From Candidatus Micrarchaeota archaeon (GTDB lineage: Archaea; Micrarchaeota; Micrarchaeia; Anstonellales; Anstonellaceae): DNA of 14,422 bases. The notes beneath the pieces were generated by a model. That model was not told the origin of the DNA and made no database searches. It saw only the letters and a program-made list of their open reading frames with translations. Position 1 is the stretch's first letter; each line of letters starts with the position of its first letter. The stretch covers positions 1-14,422 of the forward strand of contig DUFS01000005.1 in assembly GCA_013331805.1 (NCBI GenBank), read 5' to 3'. Shown piece by piece: positions 1-7,032 of the stretch. The position numbers and the translations under genes were made by a program.

Positions 1-71
1 GCCCCGACCGGGATTCGAACCCGGGTCGCCAGATTGACAATCTGGAATGCTAACCACTACACCATCGAGGC
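1..71 (-). tRNA. tRNA-Asp(GTC); discriminator base falls outside the window edge
   Basis: Reverse complement GCCTCGA TG GTGTAGTGGTTAGCAT T CCAGA TTGTCAA TCTGG CGAC CCGGG TTCGAAT CCCGG TCGGGGC folds as a cloverleaf with anticodon GTC. Confidence 0.96.
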
Positions 72-72
72 A

Positions 73-147
73 TGCGCAACCTGCCGCAGCAGTTGCGCAG
101 ACAGGGGAACCGCAGTTCCCCTGGATCGGAAGATGCCGCAGCATCTT
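73..147 (-). repeat. Three tandem hairpins, each with a c(UGCG)g tetraloop, in the tRNA-Tyr/tRNA-Asp spacer
   Basis: Stems at 73-99, 102-123 and 130-147 differ in sequence. All loops read CGCA on + (85-88, 111-114, 137-140), i.e. UGCG closed by C-G on the minus strand. Confidence 0.85.
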
Positions 148-171
148 ACGGGCGTTTCTGGAATGGAAATG

Positions 172-400
172 TCCCGCCAGTGTGATTTGTCCGGCTGATT
201 TTTATGGGTTTTCTTTTGAACCCCGGGGCCTTTTCTTTTTGAAAAGAAAAGGGGCCATTGAACACACAACATCTTGATAACTGCCGGCACAATCGCCGAC
301 CGCTGAGACTTTCGATGAACCGTTTTGCGAGCATCAACTCTTCCGCAGGCAAAATGGTTCTTCTACAGCCAAGCGCTCTACCAGGTTGAGCTATGGCGGG
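172..400 (-). tRNA. tRNA-Tyr(GTA) with two introns: 37/38 (362..279, 84 nt) and 58/59 (257..187, 71 nt)
   Basis: Exon 1 400-363 CCCGCCATAGCTCAACCTGGTAGAGCGCTTGGCTGTAG; exon 2 278-258 ATCAAGATGTTGTGTGTTCAA; exon 3 186-172 ATCACACTGGCGGGA. The spliced product has acceptor CCCGCCA/TGGCGGG, anticodon stem CTTGG/TCAAG, T stem GTGTG/CACAC and T loop TTCAAAT. BHB-like 4-bp helices: CTGT/GCAG and GTTC/GGAC. Confidence 0.9.
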
Positions 401-401
401 A
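383..401. repeat. Direct repeat copy 1 (tRNA-Tyr 5' end; putative att site)
   Basis: aggttgagctatggcggga, identical to 2013-2031. Confidence 0.9.
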
Positions 402-653
402 ATTTATGTCCTGAAAGGTAGCTAAGCCTTCAGGAGCGAAGAGAGATATCATCAACGATTTTAAATTCGTTCGCTTTGGGAAGAGCAAATTTCCTAGGAA
501 AAAATCAGTTCCTGAGCCAAACGTGTTGATGGTCTGTTTCAAGAGGGAATCGGAGGCCGTAAGAGACTTTAATCGTGTGGCGGTCATACCCCTGCCGCAA
601 GCTCGCGGGATTTGCCAGGTTGGCAGGCAGACGCACAGCGCGGGATTTCCCCA

Positions 654-1901
654 TTATTCTGCGAGCCATTTCCACAAAGGCATGAATTTGACTTTGCCTT
701 TGATTCCGAACCACTCGATTTCCTCCACCGCTTCGTAATCCGCAGTGAGCACAAGCAAATTCCCGCATTCCAGTTCCGCCGAAGCCTTGAGCAGCGCCCG
801 AACCTCGCGTTCGCGGACTTTTTGCCTTGCCATATCGAAGCATACCTGGATGAGTTGGCTCACCTTGCGGTCCTTGTAGATGACGAAATCCACTTCCTCG
901 TTCTGGGCATTGCGCCAGTAAAAGAACCTGAAGCCGCCCTGCGATTCCAGGCATTTCAAGCGGATGGCAACCGCATTCTCATAGCGCCGGCCTCGGTCCT
1001 GGCTTAGTTGGAACGCCTTGGCGGAAACCAGCCCGTTGTCAATGCAGTATATTTTCTTGTTTTCGCCCGCCTGCCCGCGCATCTTGTAGGAAAAACGGCT
1101 GAGGGTGAAGAACAGGTAGGCTTCCTGGAGATAGCCCATGTAGCGCTGGACGGTGTGGACGCTCCTGCAATGGCCAATCTCCGAAAGTGAGGTGTATGAG
1201 AATTCCATGGCCGTGTTGGAAAGTAGATACTGAGACAAATCAACAATGCCCTGCGGGCTGCGGATTTTATAGCGGCGCAGGATGTCCTTGTAGATTACAG
1301 AGTCGAACAGGGTGGAGAGGTATTCTTTCCTATCTATATTCTTGACCAATGGCTCGGGATAGCCGCCCTGCTCCAGGTATTCTTCCAGCTTCTGGCGCTT
1401 CTCGTTATTCGTGAGTTCGGTAGATGAAGTGGCTTTCAGGTATTCGGGGAACGAGAAGGGGAAAAGAACAACCGAGGTGTGCCTTCCGGTGAGGTGGGTG
1501 GCCAGCTCCCGGCTCAAGAGGTGCGCGTTGCTGCCTGTGATGAAGAGGTTGTAGCCTTGGCGCGAGAGGCGGTTGGCGAACAGCTCCCACTTGGGCAGGT
1601 TCTGGATTTCGTCCAAGAGCAGGATTTTCGGATTATTATGGACTGAATCTACAGCAGCCAGAAGCTCGTCGTAATCGGTTAGGTCCGCCAGCCTCTCATC
1701 GTCGAAATTGACGTAGCCCAAGTCCTTGAAGCCCGAAAGCTGGTGGATGGCGAAGAAGGATTTGCCGACCCTTCTTGGGCCTATGATGACCTTGACCAGG
1801 TTGCTGTCCTGCTGCCGAAGCTGCGCTTGGCGCGGAATGTACCGCTCGGCGAGGCGCTTCTTCAATTCGCGTTTCTGTAAGATAAGGACATCCCGGAGCA
1901 T
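654..1901 (-). CDS. AAA+ ATPase, AAA_14 + DUF4143 (COG1373-type), with C-terminal PD-(D/E)xK-like region
   Basis: 415 aa; Walker A GPRRVGKS, Walker B LLLDEIQ, ITGS, LTGR, GGYPE, KKIYCIDNGL, YENAV and C-terminal EVDFVI...IQV motifs typical of this family. Confidence 0.9.
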   Translation of the reverse strand: MLRDVLILQKRELKKRLAERYIPRQAQLRQQDSNLVKVIIGPRRVGKSFFAIHQLSGFKDLGYVNFDDERLADLTDYDELLAAVDSVHNNPKILLLDEIQNLPKWELFANRLSRQGYNLFITGSNAHLLSRELATHLTGRHTSVVLFPFSFPEYLKATSSTELTNNEKRQKLEEYLEQGGYPEPLVKNIDRKEYLSTLFDSVIYKDILRRYKIRSPQGIVDLSQYLLSNTAMEFSYTSLSEIGHCRSVHTVQRYMGYLQEAYLFFTLSRFSYKMRGQAGENKKIYCIDNGLVSAKAFQLSQDRGRRYENAVAIRLKCLESQGGFRFFYWRNAQNEEVDFVIYKDRKVSQLIQVCFDMARQKVREREVRALLKASAELECGNLLVLTADYEAVEEIEWFGIKGKVKFMPLWKWLAE

Positions 1902-1916
1902 TATTTCACCGATGTA

Positions 1917-1954
1917 TTATAATGCATAAAAGTTTATAATATTGTGCATTATAA
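1917..1954. promoter_or_regulatory. Inverted repeat bracketing the TATA-like box upstream of the ATPase gene
   Basis: ttataatgcataa (1917-1929) and ttgtgcattataa (1942-1954) are 12/13 complementary and flank tttataa (1933-1939). A GGTGA SD-like motif lies upstream of the ATG on the minus strand. Confidence 0.55.
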
Positions 1955-2012
1955 AAATTGAATTGCACCAGGAATTTGGGAAAAAGTACATGGCAGGACG
2001 TATCCACCAGTA

Positions 2013-2031
2013 AGGTTGAGCTATGGCGGGA
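2013..2031. repeat. Direct repeat copy 2 (orphan tRNA-Tyr 5' fragment)
   Basis: Exact match to 383-401. Minus-strand TTATAAA at 2056-2062 lies about 26 nt upstream of the fragment's first base (2030). Confidence 0.9.
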
Positions 2032-2171
2032 CAGGTGTACATTATCCTCAAAATGTTTATAAGAGGTGATTTTTGCCCGGCCAGCAGAGCCCTGCATTAT
2101 GTACAAAAATGTTCATTTATGTACAGTCTTATATATTTGCCCGCCCAGAAACAATCCGCAAGGAACGGTGA

Positions 2172-2309
2172 ATGGAAATGGAAAAGAGAAAGCTTTATGC
2201 GCTGGTCGGCCTGCTCATGGACGAAAGGCTGAGCGTGAGGGAGGCTGCGGACGTGATAGGCGTGTCGCACATGACTGCCTACCGCGCGCTCCAGAATTCG
2301 GAAACTTGA
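2172..2309 (+). CDS. Small helix-turn-helix DNA-binding protein (45 aa; below the ORF track cutoff)
   Basis: MEMEKRKLYALVGLLMDERLSVREAADVIGVSHMTAYRALQNSET has the classic HTH pattern S-VREAA--IGVS--TAYRAL. GGTGA precedes the ATG and TTATATAT lies at 2129-2136. Confidence 0.8.
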   Translation: MEMEKRKLYALVGLLMDERLSVREAADVIGVSHMTAYRALQNSET

Positions 2310-2451
2310 AGGCCATATGCATGGCAAGCGAACAGACAAAAATATTGCTTATTGTAAACGACGTCCCAGGAACCTCTGCGACATGCTTCCAGATTTTACG
2401 CCTCAGCTGAGCCCTGCTGAAGGGCACATGGACAGGAAGATTCTGGGAAAA

Positions 2452-3219
2452 TCAGTCCACCCTGAGCACCATGTCCGAAACCACCGTGGAGGCGCCGTCT
2501 GAGAGCACCACCTGTATGCTGAAGGTGCCCTTCTCAAGCGCTGCCCCGGAGATAAGCCCATTGTTGGACATTGAAAGTCCAAGCGGGAACCCGGTGGCGG
2601 ACCAATAGTAGCTGCCAGTGCCCCCTTCTGCTTCGAGCGCAAAGCTATACTTGGCATCCTGCACCGCACTGGCGAGCTGCTGCGTGCTGATGGAAAGAGA
2701 AGCCCCTCCCCCGGCAGCCTGGTTGCCGCCTCCTCCTGTTTCATTGCCATTGCCCCCGTTCCAGCCGGTCTGGTTCGAACTGCCCGTGTCGTTTCCGGAG
2801 GAGGAGTAAAGCACCAGGTAGGTGACTGTGATTTCCCCCCTGCACTGCGCGATGTCGGCCCCGCATCCCCTGGGAGGCATCACGATGGTGTTCTGCGACT
2901 CGCCAGGCTTTAGCGTGAGGGTGAGCTCCCCCGCGCTTCCTGATGAGATTGCAATGCTCTTGTTTTCGTTGTTTCTGACAGTCACCTGTATGCCTCCGGT
3001 GAATTTTTCCGGCTCAGGGGCAGGCTGTGGAGGAGTGTGCGCCGCGATTATCTCCTCCCCCACCTGCTGCGAAGCCACGTAGGCAAGCACAATGAGCGCG
3101 ATGATGAGCGCGCCTCCGACAGCGCCTGCAAGGAAGCTTGATTTGTCCAGGACCCTGCCGACTCCGTAATCCTTGTACTCGGACTGCACCGTTTCGGGCG
3201 CTTTCTTTTTCTTTGCCAC
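2452..3219 (-). CDS. Membrane-anchored surface protein with C-terminal putative Ig (He_PIG-like) domain; start probably GTG 3219 rather than 3267
   Basis: Lys-rich N-terminus, one hydrophobic helix (FLAGAVGGALIIALIVLAYVA), G/N/S linker and YSFALEAEGGTGSYYWSATGFPLGLSMSNNGLISG, which resembles Ig-like repeats. A start at 3267 would leave only 2 nt before the divergent gene. Confidence 0.75.
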   Translation of the reverse strand: MAKKKKAPETVQSEYKDYGVGRVLDKSSFLAGAVGGALIIALIVLAYVASQQVGEEIIAAHTPPQPAPEPEKFTGGIQVTVRNNENKSIAISSGSAGELTLTLKPGESQNTIVMPPRGCGADIAQCRGEITVTYLVLYSSSGNDTGSSNQTGWNGGNGNETGGGGNQAAGGGASLSISTQQLASAVQDAKYSFALEAEGGTGSYYWSATGFPLGLSMSNNGLISGAALEKGTFSIQVVLSDGASTVVSDMVLRVD

Positions 3220-3269
3220 GAAGTGCTTTCGGAGTGCAGGTATAAAAAATCTCCTCCCGACATTCACGC

Positions 3270-4055
3270 ATGGTGCAAGCGATAGTCTTCGACATGGACG
3301 GGGTGCTTTACAGGGGCTCCAGGAAAATCATGGGGGTTCCGGAGGAAATATCGCGGCTGCAAGAAAAAGTAGCCGTGCTTTTCCTCACGAACAACGCAAC
3401 GAAGAGCCGGTCGGATTATGTGAAGTGGCTTGCGATTTTCGGGATCAGGGCAAGCGAAAGCGAAATCATGACCTCCTCTTTCGGCTGCGCGCATTACATT
3501 AGGGAGAAGCACGGGCTTAAGCGGAAGGTTTTCGTGATAGGTGAGCAGGGGCTGAAAGATGAGCTGATGCTGGAAGCAAAAGCAAGAATTGTGGAAGGAA
3601 AAGGCGCGAAGATAGTCGTGTGCGGACTGGACAGGGGCATAACTTACAAAAAGTATGAAAATGCCATGGAAAACCTCTCTTCCGGGGCTGCTTTCATGCT
3701 TGCGAACAGCGATCCCACTCTTCCGAAAGAGCGCGGCTTTGCCCCTGGAAGCGGCGCAATCGCGTCTGTCCTGATTACCGCGACAGGAAGGAAGCCAGAC
3801 GTCACAATTGGAAAGCCCTCAACCTATCTCATTGACAAGCTGCTCCAGATGCACAAGCTCAAGCCGCAAGAGGCCGCGTTCGTGGGCGACAGGCTGGAAA
3901 TTGACATGCGCATGGCGAATGCTGTTGGCATGAAGTCGGTTCTTGTGCTCAGCGGGGTCGCGAAAAGGAAGGATGTTAAGAATGCGCCTGCGTCCGACAA
4001 GCCAGACATCATTCTTTCATCTGCAGCGAAAGTCGGGCAGGCGCTTGGAATCTGA
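3270..4055 (+). CDS. HAD-IIA family hydrolase (NagD-like phosphatase)
   Basis: FDMDGVLY motif I, LTNN motif II, GKPS and VGDRLEIDM motifs III/IV; 261 aa. Confidence 0.93.
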   Translation: MVQAIVFDMDGVLYRGSRKIMGVPEEISRLQEKVAVLFLTNNATKSRSDYVKWLAIFGIRASESEIMTSSFGCAHYIREKHGLKRKVFVIGEQGLKDELMLEAKARIVEGKGAKIVVCGLDRGITYKKYENAMENLSSGAAFMLANSDPTLPKERGFAPGSGAIASVLITATGRKPDVTIGKPSTYLIDKLLQMHKLKPQEAAFVGDRLEIDMRMANAVGMKSVLVLSGVAKRKDVKNAPASDKPDIILSSAAKVGQALGI

Positions 4056-4066
4056 CCTTGCTTTTT

Positions 4067-4336
4067 CTAATACCTGAACAGGTCCCTTACCGCCTGCTCC
4101 ACGTTTGCCTTTGTCTCTGCGTCCATCTCTTGGGGCGTGGGGCCTGCCGGCTGCGCAGGGGCGCTGACAGCGGGTTGCGAGGGGGAAAGGAGCGAGGAGA
4201 CACTCACGTGTATTGCGGCGCCGCAGTAGGAGCAGCGGGCTGAAACCGTGATGTCCTCGATCGGCATGTCGGAATTGAAGTCGAATGAATTGCTGGCGCC
4301 GCACTTGCAGGCAATGACTTTCTTGAGCGAGACCAT
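4067..4336 (-). CDS. Small putative Zn-ribbon protein (start ATG 4336 or GTG 4351)
   Basis: CKCG ... CSYCG cysteine pairs; fills the gap between the HAD and Lon-like genes; GGTGGT precedes ATG 4336. Confidence 0.7.
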   Translation of the reverse strand: MVSLKKVIACKCGASNSFDFNSDMPIEDITVSARCSYCGAAIHVSVSSLLSPSQPAVSAPAQPAGPTPQEMDAETKANVEQAVRDLFRY

Positions 4337-4399
4337 CAGTACCACCGACACCCAAATGCGCTGACAACAATTATATAGTATGTCCCCGTTCTTTTCACA

Positions 4400-5815
4400 A
4401 TGGAGGTCGCCAATATTTCTTCCACGGCAGATGTCGCCATTCCGAAGGATCCGCTATTGCAGATAATAGGCCAGGACGAGGCAGTGCGGATTGGAAGGAT
4501 GGTGGGCTCGCAGCGGCGCCACCTCCTGTTGGTGGGCCCGCCCGGCACTGGAAAATCCATGCTGGCGCAGGCAATAGCCTCCACACTTTCCAAGCCAAAG
4601 CAGGAGGTTCTGGTTTTACACAACCCGGAAAAGCCCGAGCGGCCGGTTATCCAGGTCCGCTTGACATCTTCGAAAAAAAGCGAAAAAAAGCCGCAGGGCG
4701 AGCTTCTTGAGCCCACCATGGTCCCTGCCTACATTTCGGAAAAGCTGGGATTCCGCTGCAGGCGCTGCTCGCGGCTCTCCTCCCCTGACGCCTCCTCCTG
4801 CTATTTTTGCGGGGCTGACAAGTACAAGAAGGTAAGGGGGCCGTTCGAGGACCTGCTCATCGGCGCAGGCGTTCCTGAGCGGGAGGAGCGGGTGCACACC
4901 ACGCGCGTGCGCGACGGAAGGGAGGAGCTGGTGATATTTGAGCGCAGGGGCGACAGGATTGCGCTTCTTACGCAAAAGGAGCTTTCGAAAATGGCGGAAA
5001 TGCAGCAGAAGATGCAGTTCAAGGTGCTGCTGCCCATAAACCGGCCGACCTTTGTGCAGGCCACGGGTGCCTCGGAAACCGAGCTTTTGGGCGACGTCAG
5101 GCACGACCCCTATGGCTCGCACCCTGCAATAGGCTCGCTGCCATATACCCGCGTGGTGCCGGGCGCTGTACATGAAGCTCATGAGGGCGTGCTTTTCATT
5201 GACGAGCTTTCCTCGCTTGGGAAGCTGCAGAGATTCATACTCACGGCTATGCAGGAGAAAAACTATCCCATTTCAGGCAGGAACCAGTCATCGACCGGCT
5301 CTTCCGTTCGTGTGGACGGGGTGCCTGCTGACTTCATTCTTGTAGCGGCGCTGAACATCAATGACATGTCGCTCATCCTTCCCCCGCTGCGCTCCAGAAT
5401 TCTTGGGAACGGCTACGAGCTTCTGATGAACACTCACATGGACGACACGGAAGGCAACCGGCTCAAATTGGTGCAGTTCCTTGCGCAGGAGATAGTGCGC
5501 GACGGAAGGATCCCGCACGCTGATTCCGGCGCGATTGAGCAGATGATAACCTACGCAAGGACAAAGGCAAAGGAAATTGACGATGTTGGGGGGCTTACCC
5601 TGCGCCTGAGGGTGCTTTCAGGAACGATTAAGATGGCAGGGGACATTGCTGCCTCGAACGGAAGGCCATCCATTACCGGAGATGACGTGAAATTCGCGGT
5701 TGCAAACTCAAAGTCAGTGGAGGAGCAGGCAACTGAGAAGTACGGCTCCTGGTACAAGGCATCCCTGGCAGATTACGGAATGAAAAAAGAGAAGGGCGGG
5801 ACTGAGGTGGGTTAA
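4400..5815 (+). CDS. Lon-related (LonB-type) AAA+ ATPase lacking the protease domain
   Basis: IPKDPLLQIIGQDEA, Walker A GPPGTGKS, LLGDVRHDP, GAVHEAHEGVLFIDE, PPLRSRI and LTLRLR match the archaeal LonB ATPase domain. It stops at 471 aa with no Ser-Lys protease domain and has a CRRC..CYFC insert. Confidence 0.88.
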   Translation: MEVANISSTADVAIPKDPLLQIIGQDEAVRIGRMVGSQRRHLLLVGPPGTGKSMLAQAIASTLSKPKQEVLVLHNPEKPERPVIQVRLTSSKKSEKKPQGELLEPTMVPAYISEKLGFRCRRCSRLSSPDASSCYFCGADKYKKVRGPFEDLLIGAGVPEREERVHTTRVRDGREELVIFERRGDRIALLTQKELSKMAEMQQKMQFKVLLPINRPTFVQATGASETELLGDVRHDPYGSHPAIGSLPYTRVVPGAVHEAHEGVLFIDELSSLGKLQRFILTAMQEKNYPISGRNQSSTGSSVRVDGVPADFILVAALNINDMSLILPPLRSRILGNGYELLMNTHMDDTEGNRLKLVQFLAQEIVRDGRIPHADSGAIEQMITYARTKAKEIDDVGGLTLRLRVLSGTIKMAGDIAASNGRPSITGDDVKFAVANSKSVEEQATEKYGSWYKASLADYGMKKEKGGTEVG

Positions 5816-5821
5816 AGCGAC

Positions 5822-5849
5822 AATACATGTTTATAAATACATGTCTATA
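5822..5849 (+). repeat. Tandem AATACATGT(T/C)TATA promoter-region repeat; third copy at 6927-6941
   Basis: aatacatgtttataa 5822-5836 is identical to 6927-6941. A variant, aatacatgtctata, lies at 5836-5849. Confidence 0.8.
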
Positions 5850-5871
5850 TATCAAAATCAGGTGATATTCG

Positions 5872-6900
5872 ATGCTTACGATAAAGGGAGGTTATCCGAG
5901 CCATAATTTTAAGGGGACGCAGCATTTTCCGACTCCTCTTGCAATCAAGAAATTAATCGAAGGAGCCGAAAAAAACGCGCAAGAACACGGCTTTAGGGCG
6001 CATGTGTTCCAAACAAGCGAGGTGAGTTCCAAGTACGTGGTGCAAACCATCAAGGCTGCGATAAAAAAGAAATGGGAACACACTGAAATTTCAAAAGAAT
6101 GCGCCAAACAGAAACTCACTCAGGAAGAGAAGGCATTCGTGCTGAATTTTCTCGTTTACTGGAAAGAGCTGGAGGCCCAGCCTGAGTTTCGCGAAACCGC
6201 CAAACAGATGGTGGACTACCTTTTCAAGGAATCTGCGGAGCACTTTTGGGGCACCGGCAAGGCATCGTATTGCGTATCCCTGCTTGCCGAAGATGGCAGC
6301 CCTGCGGGAATGCTGCTCGGAGCGTTACTGCGCCCATATGAACTGCTGACTAATAACAAGGTCAAGATGAACCCGATGCGGGGGAGCGATTTCATAAATT
6401 TTTACCAGTACATCGTGGTTCCTGAAGAGTACCGCAATGAAGGAGGAGCGGATGTGCTCCAAGCAGCAGCTGAAAAATTCGTAAAGACGCACACCAGCCG
6501 CTACAGCAACCTGATAATCGCCCAGGTCGACAAGGACAACCCGGTGTTTGATGACCAAGCCAAGATGAGGATGCTGCCTTATGAGATACCGGGGCTGAGG
6601 CATTTTGAAATGATACCTAATGACTCGCTTTATGCCATACAATGCGAATTCCCGCCTGCAAGCAAGCAGGAACCCCTCACTCTTAGGATATTGAGCCCTG
6701 AAACAAAGGGCGTATTGCGTGGTGACTCTGTCATAGATATGGTCAAGGGGCTTGTTTCGTACTACGATGTCTATCCCGGGCATAAGATTGCTGGAACGAA
6801 AAGAGAAGCTTTTGACGCCTACGTTAATTACCATCTGAAAAATGTCAAGTTCGGCAAGGACGGCAATGTGCAACTGGAATATCGGGGCGAAAAAAAATAG
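5872..6900 (+). CDS. Hypothetical protein with a probable GNAT acetyltransferase-like fold
   Basis: 342-aa ORF with AGGTGA SD. YIVVPEEYRNEGGADVLQAAAE resembles the GNAT acetyl-CoA-binding motif A. Confidence 0.6.
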   Translation: MLTIKGGYPSHNFKGTQHFPTPLAIKKLIEGAEKNAQEHGFRAHVFQTSEVSSKYVVQTIKAAIKKKWEHTEISKECAKQKLTQEEKAFVLNFLVYWKELEAQPEFRETAKQMVDYLFKESAEHFWGTGKASYCVSLLAEDGSPAGMLLGALLRPYELLTNNKVKMNPMRGSDFINFYQYIVVPEEYRNEGGADVLQAAAEKFVKTHTSRYSNLIIAQVDKDNPVFDDQAKMRMLPYEIPGLRHFEMIPNDSLYAIQCEFPPASKQEPLTLRILSPETKGVLRGDSVIDMVKGLVSYYDVYPGHKIAGTKREAFDAYVNYHLKNVKFGKDGNVQLEYRGEKK

Positions 6901-6905
6901 CCTCG

Positions 6906-6918
6906 TTCTTTATTTTTT
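6906..6918 (+). terminator. Oligo-T tract after the GNAT-like gene
   Basis: ttctttatttttt just after the stop codon; consistent with an archaeal T-rich terminator. Confidence 0.4.
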
Positions 6919-7032
6919 AAATTATTAATACATGTTTATAATCAGGAGAGCAACACCAAATTCAATAAGTTGATTCGATGAAGAATTCTTTCTGATTTTT
7001 TAAACAGCCTGCGTTCCGGGCTAAGAAAAAAG

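Larger units (their letters stand above)
402..2031. mobile_element. Putative integrase-less islet inserted at the 5' end of tRNA-Tyr
   Basis: Bounded by a 19-bp exact direct repeat of the tRNA 5' end. Cargo is a single AAA+/DUF4143 ATPase; no recombinase ORF is recognisable. Confidence 0.6.

Noticed and set aside
73..147. CRISPR array
   Set aside because: Only the loops are shared and the stems differ; there is no repeat-spacer periodicity and no cas genes.
47..352. Short ORFs 47..277, 57..290 and 146..352
   Set aside because: They overlap the tRNA genes, introns and hairpin spacer, and show no protein motifs.
279..362. C/D guide RNA or hammerhead ribozyme in tRNA-Tyr intron 1
   Set aside because: Only a weak TTGATGC box C-like match; no CUGA box D and no CUGANGA core on the transcribed strand.
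378..587. 69-aa minus-strand ORF upstream of tRNA-Tyr
   Set aside because: It runs into the tRNA and has no recognisable motif. It could be a gene remnant but cannot be supported.
2013..2031. Orphan fragments (also 14331-14403) as trans-spliced split-tRNA halves
   Set aside because: The cis genes are already complete, the fragments stop in the D arm, and no complementary leader pairing or BHB is evident.
2317..2502. Short plus-strand ORFs after the HTH gene
   Set aside because: No motif or clear SD, and the longer one overlaps the convergent Ig-domain gene.
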